This document shows positions 33,301 to 44,605 of a stretch of 64,000 nt of DNA, piece after piece. Made by a program: the position numbers and the translations under genes. Position 1 is the stretch's first letter, and every line of letters begins with the position of its first letter. The notes under the pieces are model-generated. The model had not been told where the DNA came from and ran no database searches. It worked only from the letters and a program-made list of their open reading frames with translations. Source of the DNA: Andalucia godoyi And28 (Eukaryota > Protista > Jakobida); contig VRVR01000009.1 in assembly GCA_009859145.1 (NCBI GenBank), positions 251,500 to 315,499 on the forward strand. The letters run 5' to 3'.

Positions 33301-34870
33301 TCGGAAGGGACATCTGAAGCTTTCTGATTTTGGACTGTCCACCATTGGTTTGTACCAGTCTTCAGAAGTCGATGCGAATCATTTTTCCGGAGCGCCTTCG
33401 TCTCTACAATCATCGTCTGCCTGGTCTACAGATGATCACCATATGACAGCTTCCGCATCTCCATCTACCGATGACTTTACGTCACCCTTTTCAACCTCCC
33501 CTCTGATGACTCCCAACCCATCCTTCCTGTCGTCATCCTTCGTTTCTTCAACAGCCTCATCTTCGTCCCCTTTGAATTCTTTTTTTCCTGCCAACACTCC
33601 ATCAAGCAGGAGCATGAAGCGCACGTATAATTCTTCCCATCACACCTTCCAGAACGGGGCTCCCGGATATGGGAAGAAAATGACATCTGCGTGCGGCACG
33701 CCAGACTATCTGGCTCCGGAGATCATTCTCGGTCGTCCGCATTCGTATCCAGTGGATTTGTACGCTTTGGGTATATTGTTGTTTGAATGTCTAACTGGTT
33801 GCCCGCCTTTCAATGACGACACCCCAGAGAAGATTTTTGAGAATGCTTTGAATGGAGAAATTCCCTGGCAGTTTTGTCCGGACGAAGTGTCCAAGGACGC
33901 ACGGGACCTCATTTCCGCATTGCTATCACGCGACCCGGCAAAAAGACCGACAGCTCGCGTTTTGAGAAATCATCGCTTTTTTGTCGGAACGGATTGGGAT
34001 GCCATTCGAGATCAGCCGGCACCGTTTGTTCCCCTTCATGAGGACGAGGAGGATACTGCAAATTTCGATGCCCGACAAATGCTGTTCCCTGTTCAGGACG
34101 ACACCGTGGAAGACGAAGACATCCTACTGCCTCGCCGGCTTGGCGCTTTCCAGTCTCAAAGCAGCTCGAATTCGCTCTTGAACGGAAAATCAGATATGGA
34201 TGAGAGGATGGGAGAAGTGTATCTTGACAGTCCCTCGCATATTGCAGATTCCAAAGAGGGTTCTTCTGCACAGTCGGAAATGTCGCTCAAATTTGGTCCA
34301 CCATTCCCTCCAACGCCTCCTGCTGCGCAATCCAGCAATTCCAATGCCACCACATTGCCCGTATCATTGCCCATCGACATCAAAGGGGCTCCGAGTCGGC
34401 GGCTATCCAGGCAGTCTGGTATTTTGGCAGAGGATCCCGCTCCTGCTCCGCCATTAGACGATCCATTGTTGGACAGGTTTTCTGATGAGGACATGGATAG
34501 TGAGGCAAGAAACGAGGATTTTGATGATGGTCAAGCGCTCTCCAACTCATTTGTTGACGATTTCGAAGTCATGTCTCCCAATACGCGGTCATTCGCAGGT
34601 TTTGCATTCACGAATACGTATTCTCTTGCTGATCGCAATGCCCAGCTCGCGATCACTTCGGCGACTTCCGCGAGTGCGCCTTCGTCCGACAAGCATGTCT
34701 CTGTTGCGAAAAGCGAACCGTCGTCTCCTGTCGGCTCTCCTTCCAAAGACGGAAAATTGGAGATCCTTGCGTCTGCATCCCGAGGCCGATCTAATTCTGG
34801 CCCAATCGTCGTTACCCATTCCCCCAGTTCTGCCTCTTCCCGAGAATTTTTTACATTTGATTTGAAGTAA
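30320..34870 (+). CDS. Greatwall/Rim15/IRE-type AGC Ser/Thr kinase, 1516 aa
   Basis: [39 protein letters not shown], DFGLS, a long activation-loop insert, [10 protein letters not shown], an upstream CRICEE...H..YC zinc-finger-like motif and a FAGFAF hydrophobic motif. Confidence 0.9.
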   Translation: [1516 protein letters not shown]

Positions 34871-35500
34871 TCGTTATCCACAGATGTTGCGCGGGGAAGG
34901 AGTATTGTTTCGTTCGCTTGCGTATAACGAAGCCGCTCGAGGGTTTCGCCCCTCCGTTTTGCTTTCCTTGTCATCCGTGCATTTTTATATTTATTATCCC
35001 TGTGTACAAAAGGTCTGTGTGCAGTTCAACTCGTTGACAGCATTCGTCTCTTCTTCTAACTGTTCTTACCTTGATATTTTTTTCTTTTTTTCTTTTCTTT
35101 TTTATGGTTTGACTTGTAAATGAGAAATCAGTCCCGTATTATTATTATTATTATTATCATCATCATTATTGCATTTTGTCACTCCTCCTTTTGACGGTGC
35201 TATTTCTGTCGCCCAGAGGATGTAACCCAGAATTGATCCGGGATGATCCGACGTTCAAGGTGCTGCGGAGCGACACGAAGTAGCCTCCAATGGAATTCAA
35301 CCGGAAGTGCGCTTGTTCTGGTTGGAACTTTGAAGTTCTCGTTTTTCTGATCGGGGATGTTTTTCTTCTCTTCACGCAAATCAATTGTAAAAAACCAACT
35401 TCTTGTAATGATGTAGTGCTTAACATGGCTTTTTCAAGAGAAGAAACAAGTGGGAGAAAACAACCGTCGCCCGTTTTGTCAGGAAGCATTGTGCGCATGT

Positions 35501-38017
35501 CTAGTTCTTTCCGCCGCTACGTTCCTGTATCCGCGCGAATTTAGCTAGCTGAGTTTCGATAATGTGACGAATCTCCTTTGCACATGCACGGACTGCTTCT
35601 GCGGAGGGGCCTTCTATGAGCAGATACAATTTGCGCATTCCACTCGCCGTCGGCTTTCCTTTCGTATCAACATATGAGCCTTTCGACGTAATGGCACATG
35701 CAGTGAGATCTTGCAGACCAGCAATGGTTTGCTTGTTGACAACACGCCACCGCACCTGCTGAGGCAAATCATTAATCTCGATCTCTGTACTGCAACTGTT
35801 TTCCGAGACCTGCACGATATCGTCAAAGCCGCTATCTGGTGCACTTGTCTTTTCAGCTTTTGCATCTTCCGATGCGGCCTGCATGGCATCGTGCGTTTCA
35901 GTCTTCGATGCAACATCCATGTCTTGTGCTGTCGCTCCGTCCTCTCCAGCATAGATGTTTCGCTCCGATTTTCGCTGTGCCTTGTACCGATCATTTTCTT
36001 CCTTGGTAAAGGTGAAGCCGCTTCCTCCAAAGCCAGAATGCTTTGGCACCGCTTTTGGATCGCCTTGCGAAATTCGCTCTTGATAGGCTCTCGCCAACAC
36101 TTGGAGCGCGTCCGGGACTGCAAATTGCGTTCGTCGAAACAAATCGATCAATTCCACAGCAAGCCGTCCATCTGCTTCGGTAAGAAATGTATAAGCAACA
36201 CCGACTCTGCCTGCTCGTCCAGTCCTCCCAACCCGGTGAATGTAGTCCTCAAGATGATCCGGGGCATCGAAATTGACAACAAGATCCAGACGATCGACAT
36301 GAAGACCACGAGAGGCGACGGAAGTCGCCACCAGAATTCGAATGACGCCTCGTTTGAAGTCCGACATGATCGTGTCCCGGTCGGCTTGATCCATTCCGCC
36401 ATGTAACGACAGTGCCTCGTGTCCGTACCGAATCAATTCGGCAAACAGATGATCAGCCTCTTCGTGCCGATTGACAAACACAAGTACCGAGGAAGACTTT
36501 GAGCTACCAAGCAACTGCAGCAGTCGCAGTAGCTTTGCATTCCGCAGCGATTGCTCAACCGCAGAAGCAGAAGCATAAACAGTCGCAAATGGGGCGGGGG
36601 TGGGGGCAGGGGCAGGGGCGGGAGCTGGGGCTGCGGTCGAGGTAGCGGCAGCAACAGCAGCACCAGGTTTCGTTGCGTGCTGCCCAGAGGTCGATTCCCA
36701 GAAGATTTCTACGTGCTGATCAACCGTCAGAGCAGCCGTGGACCGCTGACCAAGAACAATTTCAACTGGATTTTTCAATGCTCGCTTTGCAAGTGCCTCG
36801 ATCTTTCGAGGAAACGTTGCAGAGAACATGACACACTGACGGTCAGGTCGAATGTTTGCGAGGATTCTGGTGATTTGTGGCTCGAATCCCATATCAAACA
36901 TCCGGTCGGCCTCGTCCAAGACGACAAACGAAACTCTGGCAAGGTTGGTTATTCTCCCACGATTGGAACAGAGCATCTCCGTCAATCTCCCGGGAGTGCA
37001 CACTACAATGTCCGCTCCGTGCTTGAGAGTCGCTATCTGATCGCCCACGGACGTTCCTCCGTACACGCAAGCACAATCAATGGACACCGCTGCGCACAGT
37101 CGTCGGCATTCTAAAAACGTCTGCATTGCTAGTTCTCGAGTGGGAGACAAAACCAACGCAACGGGCCCTTCTCCCGGCTCCCTTAGAGGTCGATCCATGA
37201 CGTGTCGAATCATCGGAATCAAGAACGCCAGAGTCTTTCCAGAGCCCGTCTCTGCGATTCCGATAACATCTCTTCCGCTGAGTATTGCTGGAATGGACTG
37301 CGCTTGGACCGCAAACGGCAGCGGATACCCTGCAGTCTCCAAAGCGTCCAATACCGCTTGATGAGCACCGCACTGGTGCCAATACTGAATGGGCTTCGGA
37401 CAATCTACGCCCCGAATAGAAATATGCCAGAGCTTTCGCCACTTCTCTACATACTCGGCGGTAAACTGCGCAACATCTCTGGACTCTACATAAAAGTTCT
37501 TTCGAAATTCGGGATACTGAATTTGGGTATGGTCCACAACAGCCAACTCTCTTCTTTCGTGCTGGACATGAGGCGCAGTCTGGTCGGCAGTATCGAGCAG
37601 GTCCGAGAACAGCCGCTGGTCACCTCGGTCCTCCTGCTCATCCACAAGCTTGCCGACCGTGCTTCGTGGGACATCGCGCGAATCCAAACAGGACAGAAAC
37701 GACGAGAACGGATCTACAACATCCTTTGTATCATCCACCAGCGCCTCTTTTCGACTTGAACTAAACACTGATGCAAGAACTTCGTCAGCATCCACCTCCA
37801 AGTCCGCAACGCCCGCCGCTCCAGTCGATTCCTTAGCCTGGACTTCCTGCACGTGCCGTCGCCATGCGTCCATGCGCCGGGCCTTGGATTCTTCATGGGC
37901 TCTGTCTCCAAGCACGTCTCCACCAGGATCCACAGCAAGCGACCGAGCCACAATCTGCGAACGCACAGCCTCCAGAGCAGACAGCAGCGCCTGCTCCTTG
38001 ACTGCATCCAGCGGCAT
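35501..38017 (-). CDS. DDX46: DEAD-box helicase Prp5/DDX46, 838 aa
   Basis: FRKNFYVE, AETGSGKT, DEADRMFDMGFEPQ, SAT, HRVGRTGR and a C-terminal EIEINDLPQQVRW KH-like domain. Confidence 0.92.
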   Translation of the reverse strand: MPLDAVKEQALLSALEAVRSQIVARSLAVDPGGDVLGDRAHEESKARRMDAWRRHVQEVQAKESTGAAGVADLEVDADEVLASVFSSSRKEALVDDTKDVVDPFSSFLSCLDSRDVPRSTVGKLVDEQEDRGDQRLFSDLLDTADQTAPHVQHERRELAVVDHTQIQYPEFRKNFYVESRDVAQFTAEYVEKWRKLWHISIRGVDCPKPIQYWHQCGAHQAVLDALETAGYPLPFAVQAQSIPAILSGRDVIGIAETGSGKTLAFLIPMIRHVMDRPLREPGEGPVALVLSPTRELAMQTFLECRRLCAAVSIDCACVYGGTSVGDQIATLKHGADIVVCTPGRLTEMLCSNRGRITNLARVSFVVLDEADRMFDMGFEPQITRILANIRPDRQCVMFSATFPRKIEALAKRALKNPVEIVLGQRSTAALTVDQHVEIFWESTSGQHATKPGAAVAAATSTAAPAPAPAPAPTPAPFATVYASASAVEQSLRNAKLLRLLQLLGSSKSSSVLVFVNRHEEADHLFAELIRYGHEALSLHGGMDQADRDTIMSDFKRGVIRILVATSVASRGLHVDRLDLVVNFDAPDHLEDYIHRVGRTGRAGRVGVAYTFLTEADGRLAVELIDLFRRTQFAVPDALQVLARAYQERISQGDPKAVPKHSGFGGSGFTFTKEENDRYKAQRKSERNIYAGEDGATAQDMDVASKTETHDAMQAASEDAKAEKTSAPDSGFDDIVQVSENSCSTEIEINDLPQQVRWRVVNKQTIAGLQDLTACAITSKGSYVDTKGKPTASGMRKLYLLIEGPSAEAVRACAKEIRHIIETQLAKFARIQERSGGKN

Positions 38018-38448
38018 TTGATAGAATTAAATGATCTGTATGATGAACACAGCACACACAAAGAACAAACCGCGGTAACAGCAAACAGTTATGCCACAGA
38101 CATGCGTGTTCCCAAAAAATAAAAATAGTAATAACAATAATGGTGAAAACAAAAACAAAAACAAAAACAAAAAAACAAAAAAACCAACAACACGCAAACA
38201 CTACCACTGCTCCTACTGCTAATTATTGCTAGAGTTGTACTAAACGAAAAACAGGAAGAACGGAAGAGAGAAACGAAAGTAGAATAATGATGCAGAAACG
38301 AATATTCGGAGGCGTGTTCTGAAGCCTGCATCCGCCGCAATCCATAGCAGAACACGAGTGGCTGCATCAAGTGCTATTGGAGATGATGATTCATTGTGGA
38401 AGGTTTATTGCTTTTTATTGCCCAGAGCGTGGTCCACGGAATGGTTAT

Positions 38449-41058
38449 TTAAAGCTCATCTTTTGCATCATCGGCGGAGTCGACATCAATGTCGTCGACG
38501 AATGTCTCTTCTTCCTTCTTGACGGATTCCTCACGGGCCTTTCTCTCTCTGCCCTTTTGCAAGGCCGCTTCCTTTGCATTTGCAATGTCATCGTCGGTGA
38601 CCGTAACGTCAGGGTGCAGAGACAGGCCGAGGTTGATGACTTTGTGGATTCTCTGCGCGAACGCAATGGGATCTTCCAGGTCAAAACCAGACTGCAGTGA
38701 CGCCGTCTCGTAGAGCAGCGTTCCCAGTTCCTTTGTGTCCTCGTTTTCACTGTCTGCCTGCACTCGCTCCAACAGAGTAGAAATAACCGGGTGGTAGGGG
38801 TTGATCTCGAGAATTCGGCGAGCCTTCATCATCTTATTCGATTGGTCATTCAACGCCTGTGCTTTCATGATGCGCTCCATATTGGCAGTCATTCCCCACT
38901 GTGCCGAAACAAGCACGCACGGGGACTTGCGAACACGCGACGAAACAACCGCAGACGTAACCTTTTCGGAGCCAAGGACCTTGGTAAACCACGAGGTCAG
39001 AGGCTCGAATTTTGCCTTCAGCTCTGCCTCGCGCGCCAAGACGTCCGATTCGGCTTCTTCATCGTCTCCTTCCAACTTCAGTCCTTCCTTCGAAACGTCT
39101 TGCAGCTTGTGTCCCTCAAACTCCGTGTACGACTGCAGCATGTATTCGTCAACCGGCTCCGTGAGCAAGAGGACTTCAAGGTTTCGTGACTTGAGTTCCT
39201 CCAGAAGCGGGGATCGAAGAAGCTCATCGCGGTGGGTCCCGGCGATATAATAGATAGACTTCTGGCCCTTCTTCATTCTGCTGACGTACTCGGCAAACGA
39301 AACATAATCCGCCTCGTCCACGGAAGCTTTGGCGTCCTGAGCGTCTTGGACACTCCGAGTTGTCTGGTATCGCAGCAATTTCGCCAAGCGGTTGCGGTTG
39401 GCAGTGTCCTCGATGACTCCCACGCGCAAAAATACTCCAAAGTCTTTCCAGAACCTGGTGTATGGGCGATCTTTCTTATCGGCATCATCCGACGCCGGAC
39501 TGTTCTGCTTGTCCTCTGCCTCACTGTCCTCTTCCTTTTCATCCTCAAAGTTGACCCCTCGGATTCGATTCTCCTTGTCTGCAAGCTGTTTGATCATCTC
39601 TAGTGCCTTCCGAACCAGCTTCTTCTTGATCAACCGGATGAGCTTTGACTGCTGCAAAAATTCACGAGATACATTCAGCGGCAAGTCATCCGAGTCTACG
39701 AGACCGCGGAGGAAGGCAAGGTACCTCGGCAAAAGATCTTCAATATCATCCGAAATAAAGACACGGCGAACAAACAACTTCACTGCAGACTTTGCTTTAC
39801 CGAGCTCGGCTCCAACATCAGACGGTCCGCGGCCCGGGATATACAGAATCGACCGAAACGACACATCGCCTTCTGCCTTGAAATGGATATGCGAAGTCGC
39901 ATTATCGTATTCCTTCGTCAAGGCTTTGTAGAATGCCTGATACTCCTCCTCCTGGACTTCTTTGGGATTTCGCGTCCAGATGGGATTGAGGTTATTGACT
40001 TGTTCCCAAGAGAACTCGGTTTCCTTGACTTTCTTGGTTTTCTCGACCTTTTCTCCTTCGGCATCAACCTCTTCAGAGTCGGCTTCGAAATCAGGGACTT
40101 CTTTCTCAACTTCCTTGGACACGCGCAAGAGAATCGGGAAATTGATGAACTCCGAATAGCGCTTGACAAGATCCCGCAGCTTGTACTCCTCAAGAAATTC
40201 AGAAGCGTCCTCAGTAAGGTGCATTGCGATTCTCGTTCCCCTACCGAGCGTATTCCCTTGAGGATCGACGGTGATTGTGTAGCCGTTATCCGCCGTGGAT
40301 TCCCACAGCAGCTGCACATCGTCGTTGTGCTTGGAAGCCACCACAACCTTGTCTGCAACCAAGTACACCGAATAGAATCCGACTCCAAACTGTCCAATCA
40401 AGTTCATTTCTCCTGAATTAGAACCCGAGCCTTCCGCAATAACATCCAGGAACTTCTTCGTTCCAGATGACGCAATAGTTCCCAATGAATCCACAAGGTC
40501 CTGACGAGTCATTCCGATTCCCGTATCTGTGATGTACAGCATTCGGTTCGCTTTGTCGGCTTCAATGCGAATTTCAAGCTTTGCTTGCTCGCCGGAACCA
40601 AGAGCCGCCGAGTCCTTCAACGACAGAAACCGGATTTTATCGAGAGCATCCGAAGCATTCGAAATCAGCTCACGAAGGAAGATCTCCTTCTTCGTGTACA
40701 GCGAGTTGATGATAAGATTCAGCAAGCGAGAAACTTCTGCTTGGAATTCATATCGAGTCGACCCAGACGATGAGTCCGTTTCAGCAGCGCCAGGATGCGC
40801 GAGCACTATCAAGAAACATTAGCACACAGAAGAAGAAAACAGCAAAACAAACACGTACATCTCATTTCAAACAACACACGACAGAAACTACGTCAGTTCC
40901 CGGCTTTGCACAAATAGAATAAGCCGAGCTGATGCATTCACACCAATGTATATATTTGAAATTTAAAAATGAATACAATAAAACGTTAGTAAAAAAAGAA
41001 ACATACGTGGAACGAGTGCCACAACGACGAAAAGAAGAAACAAGCGTTTCGACAACAT
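38449..41058 (-). CDS. HSP90B1: ER HSP90 (endoplasmin/GRP94); exons 41058-41007 and 40805-38449, 802 aa
   Basis: FLRELISNASDALDKIR, IGQFGVGFYS, C-terminal KDEL. Intron 40806-41006 (GTATGT...ATAG) supplies the signal peptide MLSKRLFLLFVVVALVP|LLAHPGAA, which the ORF track misses. Confidence 0.96.
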
Positions 41059-41239
41059 TGGAAAGCGTGAGGAATGAAAAATAGAAGATCAGAGTAGCAG
41101 CAATAAAAGCAGAAAAGGGAAAGGAAAGAGAAGGGAAAGGAAAGAAGAAAAGAAAAAAAGAAGGGGAAAATCACGTTGGTGAGGAAATGATAAAACGACA
41201 GAAGAAAGTGCACATTTCGTGCATGCGTGTGGGGTTTTC

Positions 41240-41262
41240 TGACGTGTCAAGCAGCACGTGTC
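41240..41262 (+). promoter_or_regulatory. ACGT-core (UPRE-like TGACGTG and CACGTG) elements in the GRP94/glycosyltransferase divergent promoter
   Basis: TGACGTGTC at 41240-41248 and CACGTGTC at 41255-41262; role inferred. Confidence 0.25.
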
Positions 41263-41497
41263 TTCCAGCATCAGTTGATGCAGACCGTGGCCTTCCATTT
41301 GCTTCTTTACTATCCCCTGCAAACTATGAAGCAACTGCAGCAACAACACAAGCCGGTCAGCTTTGTCGCTGTGGCTTATTTATCTTACTTATTGCTTTTG
41401 TTTGTCTCTGCGTTGCGAGTCTGGGTACAAGAAGAAGGAGAATTGAGCTGCAAGGCCTGCGAGTCGCTTGCGGAAACCCATGTAATCTTGTCCAGCT

Positions 41498-42647
41498 ATG
41501 GCTGTTGTGTATTCGTTGTTTAATTGGTTTCGATTTCTCGTCGCGGTGGTCGTGCTGGCTCTCTTTCTCTTGTCCAGCATTGTATGTCGATCTTCATTTT
41601 ATTAAATTTTAATTAGTTTTTTTTTCTTTTTTCTTTTTTCTTTTTTTCTTTTTTTGGTGCTGCCCACAGAGCGAGATTTACTAATTTTTTAATAATTCAA
41701 TTAACTAACAACACACACACACACACACACAGAAAACGCTTATACCACAGACAGATTTGCCATTGCAGAATGCATCGTTTTATGAATTTTCATCAATACT
41801 TTCTGAGGATCGTCTTCCGGTGACAGTGTTCACGGTGCCGAAAGGGTATCATGGGTCGAAGAGAGATGCGCAGGAAAGCGCGTTGATCAGTTGGCTCGAT
41901 CAAGGCGTTTCTGAAGTCTTACTGTTGGATAATGAGCCAGAGGTTTTCGCAGTCGCTGAACATTATGAATCATTTGGTGTCAAGCACATCCCGGAAGTTG
42001 CTCGCTCCAACTTTGGAACACCGGTTCTGCCATCTGTGTTTTCTGAAGCCGAGAAGCGATCGCCGTCGAGCAATTTGATGATGTACGTCAACTCGGACAT
42101 CATTCTGCACGGCTCGCTCCGCGTCGTCCTGGATGCGATTGCGCGATCGCCGCTGAATGGAAAGGCCGTCCTTGCTGTCGCCCGGAGGATCGATGTTCGA
42201 CCAGAAATGCTTGGCAGGATCCATCCAAAATGGAAGCAAACTGTAGAAGGGTTGATTGCGCGAGGACAGTTTGAGGAGAAGAATCCCTGCTATGTCGACT
42301 TCTTTCTGTACAACAAGACATCATTGTTGTTCGAAGGAATGCCCGATCTGTTGCTGGGCCGATTCCGCTGGGATAACTGGCTGACGCATCGTGGTCGAAA
42401 AAACGGATACTTGCTGGACGTTTCGGAGGTGCTGCGTGCAGTCCACATTCACCACCACACGAAATCTTACACCGCTTCGTTTCGCCAACCTGTGGAACTG
42501 GCAGCTGAAATACAAAAGAACCACATGCTGACACCGGATTTGGACATCACGTGTGTTGACGATGCACAGTGGATTGTGACGAAATGCAAAAACATGCTGC
42601 AGACAGGACGCCATGAATGGTGTGTGGAGCGCCGATCCAACGGTTGA
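41498..42647 (+). CDS. Putative type II membrane GT-A-fold glycosyltransferase; exons 41498-41581 and 41733-42647, about 332 aa
   Basis: Exon 1 encodes a signal-anchor (MAVVYSLFNWFRFLVAVVVLALFLLSSI) with GTATGT donor at 41582 and AACTAAC at 41703. First AG is at 41732, with in-frame alternatives at 41750 and 41768. Motifs YVNSDI (42084-42101) and GRFRWDNWL. Confidence 0.7.
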
Positions 42648-42938
42648 CCGTTTTGTGTATGAACACCCGAACAACATCATACGGGAAGTTTGTTTATCTC
42701 ACAATGTTCTCCGCACATTGCCTTGGCCCAGTTCGGTGGCTGTGAGACCCTTGGCCGTCGAAGCTGCAGTGCTCATTGCTCGCTTGCATGGGTAAAGATC
42801 GCACACGGTATTATATATTTTGAAGTAAGAAATTTTTACAATTCCTGTGCGATGCAATGTCTGCCGGGTACAAGGCAAGCAGCAAAACAGACATGCATAC
42901 AAAACGAATCTGGGCTGAATGGAATACGGGAAGCAGGT

Positions 42939-44048
42939 TTATATCTTGCGCAAAATCTGAACGACATCCTCATCCTCAAGGACATGCTCTCTTCCCACCC
43001 TTTGCGGAGCATGCTTCACACTGAGACCCCAGACGAGCGCACCGGTCATCTCTGCAGCGAGTTGTTTGTGGATCTTCTTGCAAACGCTTTCAAGCGACTG
43101 TCGTCCTTTTCTCATGATAATCGGTTCATCAAAATCTGGTGTGCTGCCCTTTGGCTTGGTGTACACTCGAACGAGATTTAGAATCTCGAAAGATCGGGCC
43201 TGCAGCTCATCCAAGTTCCATCTCTTGTTTCCCGAAATCATCACTGAATTCGGGATTTTGCTGAGCAATTGAAGTTCCTCGTAGCTGACCTCATCGATTT
43301 TGTTGAACACATAGAGACAGGGGATGTAAATACGGTTTCCTTCGATGATATCAATGAGCTCGTCCACAGTAGCATCACATTTGAAGCAGATGTCCACATT
43401 GAGCATCTTGTACTCGGTCAAGACAGCCTTCACAGTCTCGAAATCGAGATTTGTCAGGGTGACCGTCGATGTCATCGACAAGCCTCCTTTGTCCTTCTGT
43501 CGAATGGAGATGTCGGGCGGGCTCTTGTTCAATCGGATCCCAAATCCCTCACACTCCCGTTCCAAAATTCTCTTGAAATTCAGACTTCTGGTGGCATCAA
43601 GGACCATCCAGATGACCGAGCACGTCCGAGCAACGGCGATGACCTGCTTTCCACGACCCTTTCCATCCTTTGCACCTTCAATAATACCCGGCAAATCAAG
43701 CAGCTGAAACTTGGCACCCTTGTATGCAAACGTACCGGGAACGCAAGTCAGCGTGGTGAACTCGTATGCAGCGACTTCTGACCGCGCTGAAGTCATCTTG
43801 TTGAGAAGAGTTGATTTTCCCACCGACGGAAATCCAATAAGTCCAATACGCGCATCCCCCGACTTCGCAACATCGAATCCGGGCTCCGCACTGCCCCCAC
43901 CGCCTCCTCGCGGTCCAAGCTGCAAAAGTTCTCTCTTTAGCTTCGCCATTTTAGCCTTTAGCATGCCAAGATGGTGAGCCGTCGCTTTGTTCTTCTGCGT
44001 CCGGTTCATCTCATCTTCAATATCCTTGATTTTTTGGAGTGTCGACAT
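42939..44048 (-). CDS. DRG1: Developmentally regulated GTP-binding protein 1, 369 aa
   Basis: [35 protein letters not shown]-terminal TGS domain. Confidence 0.95.
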   Translation of the reverse strand: MSTLQKIKDIEDEMNRTQKNKATAHHLGMLKAKMAKLKRELLQLGPRGGGGGSAEPGFDVAKSGDARIGLIGFPSVGKSTLLNKMTSARSEVAAYEFTTLTCVPGTFAYKGAKFQLLDLPGIIEGAKDGKGRGKQVIAVARTCSVIWMVLDATRSLNFKRILERECEGFGIRLNKSPPDISIRQKDKGGLSMTSTVTLTNLDFETVKAVLTEYKMLNVDICFKCDATVDELIDIIEGNRIYIPCLYVFNKIDEVSYEELQLLSKIPNSVMISGNKRWNLDELQARSFEILNLVRVYTKPKGSTPDFDEPIIMRKGRQSLESVCKKIHKQLAAEMTGALVWGLSVKHAPQRVGREHVLEDEDVVQILRKI

Positions 44049-44605
44049 TTCCTCTTCTTCTCTTGCTGTCCGTGTGTGCACAGCACCCCCTACTATTCAA
44101 GACCAACAAAACCTCCCTCAAAAAAGGTAAAAGGCTCATAAACCAAATAGAGAATGTGAGAGAAGAAGAAGAAGGAGGAGGAGAAGAAAGAACCGGGACA
44201 GAAAGAGCATTTATTAGAAGAAGACCAATCGCGCTTTTCCCCCATAAAAAAGAAAGCTTTTCGTATGAAGACAATTGTCGACCAACTCAAACAAAAAGCA
44301 AAAGGATAAAATAAAAGATTATGTCATTCAATACTCAAAAAATAATGATAGTGATAATAAAAAGGATTGTCAGAGCAGGCCTCTCTGTCACTCCGTCGCT
44401 TGTCACGTCGAACTTGCATGAGCTTCGCTGTCCTTTTGGGTGTCTCAATTCTGTGTTTCGTATTTTCCTACTTTTTAAACAGAAAGACTCAGCTTCGATC
44501 TCAGAGAAGGGCAAAGAAAACTATCTGTCCATCCTCGTTGTTGCTTTGTGAGTCTCAAGGTTCTGGTTATTGGAAGAAAAAGAAGAAGGACGGGGGGGAA
44601 AAAAA

